In this document: piece after piece, positions 54,614 through 64,000 of the stretch
How the letters are laid out: the number at the start of each line of letters is the position of its first letter
How positions within the stretch are numbered: the stretch's first letter is position 1
Virus record (IMG/VR): IMGVR_UViG_3300013947_000027
Location: 38,033-102,032 of that record
Direction: 5' to 3' (one strand)
Length of the DNA: 64,000 nucleotides
Origin: a virus
Lineage: Duplodnaviria; Caudoviricetes
Notes under the pieces: model-generated
The model's database searches: none
Seen by the model: the letters and a program-made list of their open reading frames with translations, nothing else
What the model was told of the DNA's origin: nothing
Translations under genes and position numbers: made by a program

Positions 54614-55363
54614 TTACTTGAGCAGGAAAGTCCAACTCGCCTTGCCGATGATACCATCGACGCCAAGGTTGTGCTCCTTCTGCATCTTGCGGACACCAGC
54701 ATCCATCTTGGCACCGAAGATCTTGTCGGTTGCCGGGATGTCATAAGGATAGTAGCCCTTGTCCTTCAGAAGCAGCATTGCTGCATGGACATCATTGCCA
54801 CTCATACCCTTAGAAAGCATTCTCAGTTCCACATTTACCACTCCTTTGCTAGTTGTAGGTGTCGGTGAAGTTTTCACCTCTTCAGGCTCATACTTCGGTC
54901 TGATGACCATCATGATGGTAGGCAGAGTTCTTGTCCGAATCTGAACTTCACCACCATTAGAGTTGTTAGTGTAGGAGGTGTTGCCCTCGACAGTCTGATA
55001 TGTGCCATCAGCATTCTTCGAAACAATGAACCCAACATGATCAGCACTACCATTGAGGTTCCAGTCGAACAGGACAATGTCGCCCTCTTTGCCACTGTTT
55101 TTATTCATTACCAGGCCGCGATTCTTTGCCCAGTCGCGGATAGCATCGCACCATGCGGTCTTCTTACCATCGTAAAACAGATTAGAAGCGCCTGCCATGC
55201 GGAAAATATCCCACACGAATGTAGCGCACCATGCGTACGCGCCACCGCTAACCGGGTGACCATAGTAGTGAGTGTTAAAGATTACATTATTGCTATATGC
55301 CGGAGACTCTTTTGTTCCGACATAAGACTTTGCGAGTTTAATAATTTCACTAGCTTTTGCCAT
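54614..55363 (-). CDS. Endolysin (CHAP amidase plus peptidoglycan-binding domain)
   Basis: AWCATFV, DHVG, VEGN; C-terminal LGVDGIIG. Confidence 0.9.
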   Translation of the reverse strand: MAKASEIIKLAKSYVGTKESPAYSNNVIFNTHYYGHPVSGGAYAWCATFVWDIFRMAGASNLFYDGKKTAWCDAIRDWAKNRGLVMNKNSGKEGDIVLFDWNLNGSADHVGFIVSKNADGTYQTVEGNTSYTNNSNGGEVQIRTRTLPTIMMVIRPKYEPEEVKTSPTPTTSKGVVNVELRMLSKGMSGNDVHAAMLLLKDKGYYPYDIPATDKIFGAKMDAGVRKMQKEHNLGVDGIIGKASWTFLLK

Positions 55364-55460
55364 TGAGAGTCACTCCTTTTTCATATTTTGTAATTTTGCT
55401 AATACCTATTAGCTATCTGATGAGATAGACTCCATTTTAGGTCTCGTTTCTTTTTACTAG

Positions 55461-57767
55461 TTATTCCAATTTAGCTGAAGCTACAATATGGAGCGCACTC
55501 GTAGGAACAACGTTAGACTCTGATATTTCTACAGCACCAGCTGGCATTATCATAAATCGGACAGCATCAGCATCGGAATAGCCCGTCTGTTTGCTTATAT
55601 CAATTACCCACTCTTTAGAAGTGTTATCTGTTGATAGCGCAAGATTATTCGTATAGTTAACGCTTGTTATTGTATTGTTTTTAAGGAATGCGATCTTATG
55701 GAATACTGGTTCGCTTATGGTATACGCACCACCATAGCCTGACATATGCGCACCATTTACCTTGAGGTAACGGTACTTGGACATATCAATAGAAACCGGC
55801 GCACAGATGTATGACCCAAGTCCATCTATAATACTGGTTCCGCTGTATTTCTTATTGAGAGATACATTTTGATTACTATACAGCTCGACATCAGGTACTT
55901 CTAACGTTCCTGTCTGCGGCATTTCCGCATCATAAGTCACATATGCATTAGCGCCCTCCGCCACGGGGATTGTAAACCTGATGTATTTATATGTTGCGGG
56001 GAAATCGCTGTTGAAGGTAACTTTGTACACGTTGCTCGACTCCTGCTCCCATGTGCATTGCGCAAAATGCGAAGACGCTGAAGTAGTGAGAATATAGCTG
56101 GCCGTAGACATCACCTTTTCGGAGTTATAAAACACAACTGCTGTACCGCCAACTCCAGCATCGGCTGGTGCAGTGAGTGGCCTAATTCTAACAACAGACC
56201 CCGCCTTGCAAGGAATGAACCCAGTGACACACGAGCTGGTATTATCTTTCTCTACGCCAGTCGACGTGGGCAATCTCTTACCATTCGTATACCCGACTGC
56301 TGCCTGCGAAGCACCTCCAACCTTGAAACTATCAGTCAGAATATTCGGCGCAACACCACCGCTTTCGACGGTGCTAATCGTAATAACAAGATCACCAGTG
56401 ACTCGCGGAATAGCGATTTTACCTCCAGAATAATAATTTGACACGTCTATTCCTCCCATTGTGATTGATACGGTTGTCCCGTCGAGTTCGTACCCAGCAT
56501 CAGCGGTAATATTTGCACCATAGGACTGACCGTCAATCACTCGGAGCAGTGTGTTGTCGGTAAAACAGTTGCTCAAATTGAGGGTTACCTTTCGGTACAA
56601 TTCAGTCTCATCGCCTTGCCACACCTCGGCAGTGATGTCAACCCCGTTCATCTTTACGCTCACGGAACTGATTGTCTTTCCATTTTCGGCAGAAATCACA
56701 GCCTCATATGGCTGGTACTGTGTCACTTCAGTCGCAGCGTTGTCGGTAGTTACCCCTGCGAGCGTGTTAGTCACGGCAAAGGTCGATATGCTCGGCGTCA
56801 CCGTCTCCGGTGTTCCATCGATCATCGCCTTGCGGTACGCATTGATCTCCGCAGCCGTAAACCCGAGTTCAGCAACAAATGTAACGCACTTATCACGGAA
56901 AGTGCTGCCAGACTTAGTGTTGATCGCTGAGATTAAACCTTTCCATTCGCTTTCATTTCGCCTACGGGCATTCGCATCGGTATCCGAGCCGCTGTAAAAA
57001 GTCGTCAACTCATAATCTTTGTCAATGTCGGACTGACTCATACCAAGTAATCCCTCAAGTACACAAGCCAACGTACCAGTCCGATCTGCACCAGCAGCGC
57101 AGTGGAAATACACCGGTTCGCCATGTGTAACTGCATCGAACACACACTGTAAATTGATACGCCATGCCTCTGTATTTGTCAGAGAATACCAATTGTATGC
57201 ATCAGCCTTGACAAAGTAAACGTCATCTCCAAGCGGAGATTTTGTCCATGTTGCCTCTGCAGAACCGCGTAGATTAAGGTCATATTTAATGCCGAGTTCC
57301 TTCACGAGCACGTTATAATCTGCGCTAGACGGTTCACCGCCTCTAAAAAGCAACCCGTATTTTACAGTACCGCCATCACAAGCCCAGCCGCCAAGGTCTC
57401 GCACATTCCAGGTGTTCGTCTGAATATAGCGCAAGAAATCCAATGGTTTTAATGTGCCGGCAATCCCGGTTTCTGCAAAGGGTGTCGCTACCCCAGGAAC
57501 CTGATTGTAGTAAGTCTTCCCGCCTAAGGTTTTTCCGATAGGTCGGTAGTTACTAACTACTGCCGTAGCAGGGGCATAATTGGCGATCTGCGACGTACTA
57601 TAATCACTCGGATCATAGGTTACAGCAGCAAGATAATTTCTAACCGCTTCAGGGCATTGATGCCACTCTACATTTTCAACGCCACTCCCAGAATCTACAT
57701 CCACCTGCACAACTTTGCCGTTAGCTACCAGCGGTTTATCGCCAATGTATACTGTTTTTGTTGCCAT
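55461..57767 (-). CDS. Protein-tyrosine-phosphatase-fold protein with Ig-like/beta-rich C-terminal domains
   Basis: NVRDLGG, LNLR, HCAAGADRTG (CX5R loop), DYELT. Confidence 0.85.
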   Translation of the reverse strand: MATKTVYIGDKPLVANGKVVQVDVDSGSGVENVEWHQCPEAVRNYLAAVTYDPSDYSTSQIANYAPATAVVSNYRPIGKTLGGKTYYNQVPGVATPFAETGIAGTLKPLDFLRYIQTNTWNVRDLGGWACDGGTVKYGLLFRGGEPSSADYNVLVKELGIKYDLNLRGSAEATWTKSPLGDDVYFVKADAYNWYSLTNTEAWRINLQCVFDAVTHGEPVYFHCAAGADRTGTLACVLEGLLGMSQSDIDKDYELTTFYSGSDTDANARRRNESEWKGLISAINTKSGSTFRDKCVTFVAELGFTAAEINAYRKAMIDGTPETVTPSISTFAVTNTLAGVTTDNAATEVTQYQPYEAVISAENGKTISSVSVKMNGVDITAEVWQGDETELYRKVTLNLSNCFTDNTLLRVIDGQSYGANITADAGYELDGTTVSITMGGIDVSNYYSGGKIAIPRVTGDLVITISTVESGGVAPNILTDSFKVGGASQAAVGYTNGKRLPTSTGVEKDNTSSCVTGFIPCKAGSVVRIRPLTAPADAGVGGTAVVFYNSEKVMSTASYILTTSASSHFAQCTWEQESSNVYKVTFNSDFPATYKYIRFTIPVAEGANAYVTYDAEMPQTGTLEVPDVELYSNQNVSLNKKYSGTSIIDGLGSYICAPVSIDMSKYRYLKVNGAHMSGYGGAYTISEPVFHKIAFLKNNTITSVNYTNNLALSTDNTSKEWVIDISKQTGYSDADAVRFMIMPAGAVEISESNVVPTSALHIVASAKLE

Positions 57768-57781
57768 TTTGAATTTCTCCT

Positions 57782-58834
57782 TTAACTGCTGATAACTTGG
57801 TAGACTCCGGTATAGCTATTGGCTGAAAGACTATAAAACGCAATGCCACTATCAATCTGTGCAATAATATTAGCCTTAGTAACACCAGTTGAAGTAATAT
57901 TCAAGACATTCTCTCCACCACCAGCAATATTCCCATTTTCAATAGTGATTGTTCCGGCCCATGTCTGTGGATCACCGCCTGTATTATCGCCACCATCGGT
58001 AATGCTTACATAAATTAGCCCATTTGTCGGAATATCGGCTGACGGTACCCCAACATATCCTCCGATAGACTCCATCGCTTTCATACCACTAGCGGTCGTC
58101 GTGGAGCCCGACCCAGAGCTGGTAACGCCTAAGTCAGTCTTAAGTTCATCGAGCGTCCGATAATAGACCCAACCAGATGCATCTAAGACTGCAACCTTTG
58201 GCGGGGTCTTATTCAGATCAGTAGCAGCTGTGGTCTGAAGCCAGGTGCCTGTGATATATTTACCTGTCAAATTACCTGTCAAAGTACCACCAGTCTTGTC
58301 GAGCTTCTTAGCTAAGGCTGCTGTAAGGAATCCATTGATCCAGTCAGTGGTAGGAATGTAACCTGTCAACTCTGAGGTATCACCAGTATAAGCACTGATT
58401 AGTTTCTTCGGATCCCAATTGTTGTTATCAGTCGATATTGGAATATAGTTTCCAGCGCCATCCTCGAAGGCAGCAATGAAAGTTTCAAGAATAGTTGGAA
58501 GAGTTGTAGAAGGAAGAGTGCCGAGTGTTGCCTGGATACCATCAGCAATCACAGCGTCAGCAACATCTTGGGTGCTCGGGATTGTAGGCTGATCCGTTAA
58601 ATCGCCATAGCTCCCGGAGAAGTCAGAAGCCCCAATGTTTGTTCGGGCTTGGAGCTTCTGAGCATCTGTCAGGGTTTGAGGAGTGTAGAGGACTGCATCA
58701 GGGGAACCGACACTAATGTCATTGATAGCAGCAGCCATTTCGGAGACTTTGTAAGTGTTGGTGGTGCCATTCTTGCTTCGAATAGCGTTTGCGATGTCTT
58801 GAATGGAGGATTCTTCATAGAGTTTCTTAGACAA
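57782..58834 (-). CDS. Fibre-like protein
   Basis: IANAIRSKNG, QTLTDAQKLQARTNIGA, FSGSYGDL, KLDKTGGTLTG. Confidence 0.65.
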   Translation of the reverse strand: MSKKLYEESSIQDIANAIRSKNGTTNTYKVSEMAAAINDISVGSPDAVLYTPQTLTDAQKLQARTNIGASDFSGSYGDLTDQPTIPSTQDVADAVIADGIQATLGTLPSTTLPTILETFIAAFEDGAGNYIPISTDNNNWDPKKLISAYTGDTSELTGYIPTTDWINGFLTAALAKKLDKTGGTLTGNLTGKYITGTWLQTTAATDLNKTPPKVAVLDASGWVYYRTLDELKTDLGVTSSGSGSTTTASGMKAMESIGGYVGVPSADIPTNGLIYVSITDGGDNTGGDPQTWAGTITIENGNIAGGGENVLNITSTGVTKANIIAQIDSGIAFYSLSANSYTGVYQVISS

Positions 58835-58854
58835 GTTGAGCCACCTCCATTTAG

Positions 58855-59610
58855 TTACGTAGCTGTATAGTTATAGCTGACAGCAGCATTAGTTGCGCCC
58901 CAAGGAGCATTTGCTACTGCACCTTCCGCCCATGGGACGTTGATTGTGGTAAGATTGGTACAGCCTTCGAAAGCGTCGGCTGCAATAGTAGCTGTTGTGT
59001 CTTGGAATGTTAGAGTTGTTAAGCCAGTGCAGTTGCAAAATGCTTTACTGTCTATCGTGTCAACAGATTCGGGAATAATAGTTATTGCAAGTTTTGTGCA
59101 ACCAGAAAAGGCTTCAGTCGCAATACGTCTCAAATTCGGAGGCAAGGAAGTCAAAGTCAAGGACTCACATTGAGAAAATGCATTGTTACCGATTAGCATA
59201 AGACTATTTGGAAGCTTTGGCGTATTAAAGCTAGCGGCCTGTTGGAAAGCTCCTGATGCTATTGTTTCGATAGTATCCGGCAAATTTACCGTGGTAAGCT
59301 CAATACAGAAATAGAAAGCAGATTCATGAATTGATGTTGTGTTGTCTGGGATTGTAACTGTCACAAGATTAGTGCATCCATTAAACAGATTTCCACGAAT
59401 AACAGTTCGTCCATGCACAACTGCCGAGATAAATTTTCCATCTTCATTCAGATTTTCTTCGACATATATCGCAGGAGCTTTTTGAATTCCATTGATAGCA
59501 GTTGTGAAGCCTACCGGAAAGGTTAGCTGGGCAGAATCACCGGTTTTTGTGCGGATTGCATTGGCGACAGATGTGAGATCCGAGCTAGTTACAATATATG
59601 TATCTGCCAT
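58855..59610 (-). CDS. BspA-type leucine-rich-repeat protein
   Basis: About six 23-aa xIxxxAFxxCxxLxxxxxP repeats. Confidence 0.9.
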   Translation of the reverse strand: MADTYIVTSSDLTSVANAIRTKTGDSAQLTFPVGFTTAINGIQKAPAIYVEENLNEDGKFISAVVHGRTVIRGNLFNGCTNLVTVTIPDNTTSIHESAFYFCIELTTVNLPDTIETIASGAFQQAASFNTPKLPNSLMLIGNNAFSQCESLTLTSLPPNLRRIATEAFSGCTKLAITIIPESVDTIDSKAFCNCTGLTTLTFQDTTATIAADAFEGCTNLTTINVPWAEGAVANAPWGATNAAVSYNYTAT

Positions 59611-62600
59611 TAGAAGCTCACCCCATTCGCATTACTAAGTGCCAGTGTAAGCTGGCCTTGATCATTGAATTTGATTGTGGTGCCGTCTACGGGGATAGCT
59701 TTGATTGAGTCATCGACGTATTTCTTAGTAGTAGGGTGATAATCTAATGTTGGGGTGAATGCTGTAGTGTTTGTCGTTGTAAGAACATCGACCGCTTTCC
59801 AAGAAATCGGTTTGTGATCATTCCATGCTTGGACTGATAAAATAGAACCAGTTTTTATGTCACTGTCATTGAGTACATTAAAAATACCATCGCAGTCAAA
59901 GGACTGGAACTCCCAGACTCCTTTAAAGGAGCTATCAACGGATGTAGCGCTTAGTTTGGCTACGATAAGATTATCAGCAGTATACCCAGAAGTTGAGAAT
60001 ACTAAATTATATTTGTCTTTAACCTCATTATAATGCCAGTTAATAAGGATTAGTCCGTATACATTATTTACCACCCTCAGACCTTGATTAGCCGCATCAT
60101 ATATTTCTTTTGCTGTTTTATTGGACGTCCAGTGACTTGGTCCGCTAACAAAATCAACAAGGAACGATTTAGTATTCAATTCAATTTCCTTATCCATCAC
60201 GACAGTATCTGTTGCGCCATTTTGACCTTGAGTGATTTTAAGGCGTTTATAGACACCGTTAGTGGTGGTGGAGAAATAGAGTGAGGGAATATTAGACGAA
60301 TCTTCCTCAGCAAATTCATAGTGGTATGTTTCGCCATCATAAAATAGAGGACAGATGACTTGCGGGTTGTTGTTCGGCATCTTTAGGAATCCAGCACAGA
60401 ATGCAACAGTATTTGTCGGGTCACATGTGAGTGTTCCGTCGTCAGATTTGCTGACTGTTACGGCTTTAATGTTTGGAAGTAGGGTGTTTGTACTGATTGC
60501 GCAAGTAAACTCGATACTAGACGAGCCAGCGCTATATTGCATATTCATATAGTCAGCACTTAGTACAATACCACCGAATCCCTCAGGCGCCGCACTTTCG
60601 TCAATGACCATAGGATATATGGTAGTCCAACGCATATTAATACCTGTGATTTCGCCGCTACTATTTTTCGTTACATTCAAAGCATTCGGAGATAGTAGCG
60701 AGTTGTCCCAGGCTATAGCATAGTCGTTCGGATTCTCGGTCTTCGCAGCAGCTGCTTTGACTTCGTCCCAAGTTCGATCTGTAGACCAGGTTTTGGTATC
60801 TTGGTTGTAAGTTGGGGTGATGATAAATGGTTCTGATGCAGAGATGTATTTTGAAGGAATTTTATGAACAGTAGGATTTCCGACAAGAAAACTGCATTCC
60901 TTTTCTGGATATACAGTAACCACGCTTCCTACAATAACTTGTGCGCTATCGGTTAACTTGTAAAACCATACGCCATCGCTAAATGTTGGGGTAATATCCG
61001 GATATATAACACCATCATATTTAATGGTAAGAGTTTTGCCATATCTGCTAGAATTAGCTCCTCCAACAATATTACACCACATCTCATAATTAGCCGGGTA
61101 TTCTTGAACCTTATCCTCGTAATACATATCAGGAATATATCTAGGATCTATACTATTTGGATTCGGCTCAAACAAGCGTAATTTTACTGCGCTTTCGTTT
61201 ACAAACTGGCAATCGTTTTTATATAAAGAGTGAGTCGAATATATGCAGAAAGGGGGATCATTGGCAAGCGACCCAACATATAGATTACCTTGCGGATCTC
61301 GTTTGACAACTTGATCAAAGTTTAGAAAACTATATGTCTTTCCACTAGTACTGGTATAATATACATAGGCCTTTTGACCAAGAATCATTGGAATCTCATC
61401 ATGCTCTACGTTGTATTTATAATCTGACGTATGCGTCATGTTCGACGTTGGAACTCCAGCATCGTAATCTGTATATTTTGTTCCATTTACATATTCGCTG
61501 TAGTCCTGTCCACCACCTTCAAAAGTCCAGGTGATGGGGGAAAGGACTCCACTATGTTTATATGTAAAATGACCCTTTTTACCGTCAGCTGTTGAAATCA
61601 TATAGGTCCAGGTTGGCATGCTATCATAGATAATATTAATTCTAGTTACGACAACAGGAAAATTGCTTTCGGTTAAACCAAGTATTTCAACAGTATCATC
61701 TGCCGACCCAAATATCATTGTTTGGCCATCATTGCTAACAAGCGATCCGCTTAGTGCGTCCTCATTAAGTACATCTTTATTACCGCCGGCAATATTACGT
61801 CGAATACATAGCAACCCATCCGTGTCGATTGCTGTGTCGTAACTGGAATACCACTTTTTATCATCATCTGACATACTGGACTGATCGTTTAAGTTAAAAT
61901 AACGGCTTACACTCACTGTGCCTCTACCAGAAGATTTTATCTTAGTGGGGTCTGCTAAAGGTAACAAATCTGACGGAATTTCGACCGGATAAGTAATTGT
62001 TAAATATACTTCATCAGGGAGAATAACGCAATCTATGCTGCTTGTGTTTAGAAAATATACTTTAACTCCTTTTGAATAACTTGAATCATTCAATTCGACA
62101 TTGATAGCCAGTTTGTCTTTAACTTGAATCCAGCCAGTAGTATAAGCGCCTCCAGTTGAAATACTCCAGGATGGAGCGTATCGTTTTTCCTTATAATACA
62201 AATACGCACTACATGTTTCATTCGCAATGCCGTTCATCATATCCGCAAATATGGTATCATCGTCTGAAAGTGTCATGTAGTGCATTTCGGCTGGGAGAAC
62301 ATTAGGTGCTATAGTGATAGTAGTGTTATTCTTTGCAGCTTCTTTTTCTGCGTAATGCCCAATCCTATTCTTCACATAACTAGGATCAGTTTCATCGTTT
62401 ACGCTCCAGTCAGCATGTGGAGCATCTACCCACTGATACTCGTAGCGACGGCTCTGCCATTTGTTATCAATAACACCTTCGCCAAGATCAACTGTTGTAA
62501 GCATCTTACCGACTTTATCAGCAGACGGTTTGCCGAGAGAAGTGGCGTTATCTGGAACAGTCGAAATAACCTGGTCAAGATGAACAGAGATAATTACATC

Positions 62601-63809
62601 AGTTTCGGGATTTATTGTAGCATCACTGCAGGTGACTGTCTCGGTTGCCGTGTCGTAAGTAAGAGTGTAGTCAGTAGTAGTGAAGATACCACTCTCAGGA
62701 TCCTTCTTCTGTTCGCTGCGGTACACGTAGATATACTTTGTGCCGTTGACTTCCTTAAGATAGACACCATTATAGTAATTAGTCTTCTTGATGCTGACTT
62801 CCCAGAGATCATACTTGCCAGACTTGGTAAGATCCTTCCAATTAGTATAAGTACCATATTCGGCGAAAGTAGAAGGTCTCACATCATACATTTTCACGAC
62901 TGACTCAGGTCCAATCGAATGTTTTAATGTAGTGACTGTAACTTTATATGTTCCGGGAGTCTTCGTGTAAAGAATACATATAGGAAGACTGGGAGTAAGA
63001 TGCTCACTATCATAATATTGATCTTCAAAGACAAGACACGAGTTTGCTTGTGCATCGTTCGGAGTAGGTGGGACGCTATCAGCATCATTGTACCAGCTCT
63101 TAAGCCTGCTGTTGACTACCGAATAATTGCCAATAATAGTTTGGCCAAGAGGATATCCTGTCGGAGGGATCTTCGCTATTGTTATAGTATCCACATCAAG
63201 ATCTTTAACCTTTACAACGACCATCTGCCCAGGAGAAGGTCTGAAGGTGCATTTGAAAGGTTGAGAGGAAGCGCTAGTCCACTCTGAAGCATCTTCTGCA
63301 AGAGTGGTAGTTACTTCGAGATCTTCGAAGAGCGTACCGACTTGAGCGCCACCAGTAATTGCGCTGGAATTCGGACTACGCCAAGTTTCGAGATCTTCTT
63401 TTGTGATTGTATCGAGTTCAGTTTTGTTGATATGAGTGTGACTTGACTCTTCAAGCTTATCTACACGATTAGAGAGGGCCTGAATTGTGAAATGATCCTG
63501 CTCAGTATAGACATAGTCTTCCGGTCTGTTTCGCTTGATGATGTCGAAATATGTATTTGCAATAGTTTCCTCGCCATCACTGTTTTCGCAAACTTCGTAG
63601 CATAAGAGACGGTTAGACTGCTGAAGAATAATGTTAGGAATTGCGCAATATGTTACACCATCGACAGTGTATGTCTTCAACACGTAGGCGTAATCCATGC
63701 GCTTAGTAGAAAAATGGACTTCATGAACTTTGACGTTCTCATCAGGAACAACTCTGACAATTCGTCCAGTATCCCATTGATACAGTTCACCGCCAACTAA
63801 GCTTATCAT
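59610..63809 (-). CDS. Large mosaic fibre/adhesin with BppU-like N-terminus
   Basis: LYQWDTGR...IPNIILQ...RNRPEDYVY N-terminus; DWSVND...YVKNR and PTTKKYVD fibre motifs. Confidence 0.6.
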   Translation of the reverse strand: MISLVGGELYQWDTGRIVRVVPDENVKVHEVHFSTKRMDYAYVLKTYTVDGVTYCAIPNIILQQSNRLLCYEVCENSDGEETIANTYFDIIKRNRPEDYVYTEQDHFTIQALSNRVDKLEESSHTHINKTELDTITKEDLETWRSPNSSAITGGAQVGTLFEDLEVTTTLAEDASEWTSASSQPFKCTFRPSPGQMVVVKVKDLDVDTITIAKIPPTGYPLGQTIIGNYSVVNSRLKSWYNDADSVPPTPNDAQANSCLVFEDQYYDSEHLTPSLPICILYTKTPGTYKVTVTTLKHSIGPESVVKMYDVRPSTFAEYGTYTNWKDLTKSGKYDLWEVSIKKTNYYNGVYLKEVNGTKYIYVYRSEQKKDPESGIFTTTDYTLTYDTATETVTCSDATINPETDVIISVHLDQVISTVPDNATSLGKPSADKVGKMLTTVDLGEGVIDNKWQSRRYEYQWVDAPHADWSVNDETDPSYVKNRIGHYAEKEAAKNNTTITIAPNVLPAEMHYMTLSDDDTIFADMMNGIANETCSAYLYYKEKRYAPSWSISTGGAYTTGWIQVKDKLAINVELNDSSYSKGVKVYFLNTSSIDCVILPDEVYLTITYPVEIPSDLLPLADPTKIKSSGRGTVSVSRYFNLNDQSSMSDDDKKWYSSYDTAIDTDGLLCIRRNIAGGNKDVLNEDALSGSLVSNDGQTMIFGSADDTVEILGLTESNFPVVVTRINIIYDSMPTWTYMISTADGKKGHFTYKHSGVLSPITWTFEGGGQDYSEYVNGTKYTDYDAGVPTSNMTHTSDYKYNVEHDEIPMILGQKAYVYYTSTSGKTYSFLNFDQVVKRDPQGNLYVGSLANDPPFCIYSTHSLYKNDCQFVNESAVKLRLFEPNPNSIDPRYIPDMYYEDKVQEYPANYEMWCNIVGGANSSRYGKTLTIKYDGVIYPDITPTFSDGVWFYKLTDSAQVIVGSVVTVYPEKECSFLVGNPTVHKIPSKYISASEPFIITPTYNQDTKTWSTDRTWDEVKAAAAKTENPNDYAIAWDNSLLSPNALNVTKNSSGEITGINMRWTTIYPMVIDESAAPEGFGGIVLSADYMNMQYSAGSSSIEFTCAISTNTLLPNIKAVTVSKSDDGTLTCDPTNTVAFCAGFLKMPNNNPQVICPLFYDGETYHYEFAEEDSSNIPSLYFSTTTNGVYKRLKITQGQNGATDTVVMDKEIELNTKSFLVDFVSGPSHWTSNKTAKEIYDAANQGLRVVNNVYGLILINWHYNEVKDKYNLVFSTSGYTADNLIVAKLSATSVDSSFKGVWEFQSFDCDGIFNVLNDSDIKTGSILSVQAWNDHKPISWKAVDVLTTTNTTAFTPTLDYHPTTKKYVDDSIKAIPVDGTTIKFNDQGQLTLALSNANGVSF

Positions 63810-64000
63810 ATAGCTTGCTCCTCCTTTTTATAGGGTTTACAGGTGTTTGGCGTTATTTTCAAAGTTAATAGTAGGTGTTTCATAGTAGATTCACCTTGAT
63901 TAGAGTGGGTTTTAGCATAGTTTTTAGGGTCTATTTCGGACCATCCAGAAACCAAAAGTGAAAATGTTTTTGGAAAATGTCCCCCGGAGAAATATCAAAG

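Noticed and set aside
1-64000. Alternative genetic code (stop-codon reassignment)
   Set aside because: Core genes are full length in the standard code, all three stops are used, and the only tRNA is an ordinary Thr tRNA.

Overview
The window is most of a temperate, long-tailed siphovirus genome, probably infecting a gut Clostridia-type host (AGGAGG RBSs, BspA-LRR and InlB-repeat proteins). Almost everything is on the minus strand. Reading in the direction of transcription, from the right end: a fibre/adhesin cluster with a tyrosine-phosphatase-domain protein, CHAP endolysin, tRNA-Thr, packaging and head genes, tail genes with a 3110-aa tape measure, a duplicated receptor-binding module and holins. 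Next come a plus-strand lysogeny block (repressor, large serine integrase, intact attP-like site), an early region of small membrane proteins, and a helicase-primase-exonuclease/PolB locus split by an HNH gene. Five features are not explained by the gene list. (1) Twelve copies of a 28-bp promoter-like motif each start a self-contained cassette: nine carry small ORFs with terminators and three carry ORF-less, highly structured RNAs. (2) A strand-specific 9-mer (TCAAAATGG) recurs about 19 times across the window in all three frames. (3) A repeated hydrophobic-x-His motif is shared by the protease-capsid precursor and the 'ELYHxG..GMKW' proteins, suggesting a capsid-targeting or cleavage code. 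(4) The capsid gene has nested in-frame starts. (5) A long hairpin with an anti-SD-rich loop lies behind the tRNA. All calls come from reading the sequence by eye; no searches were run.
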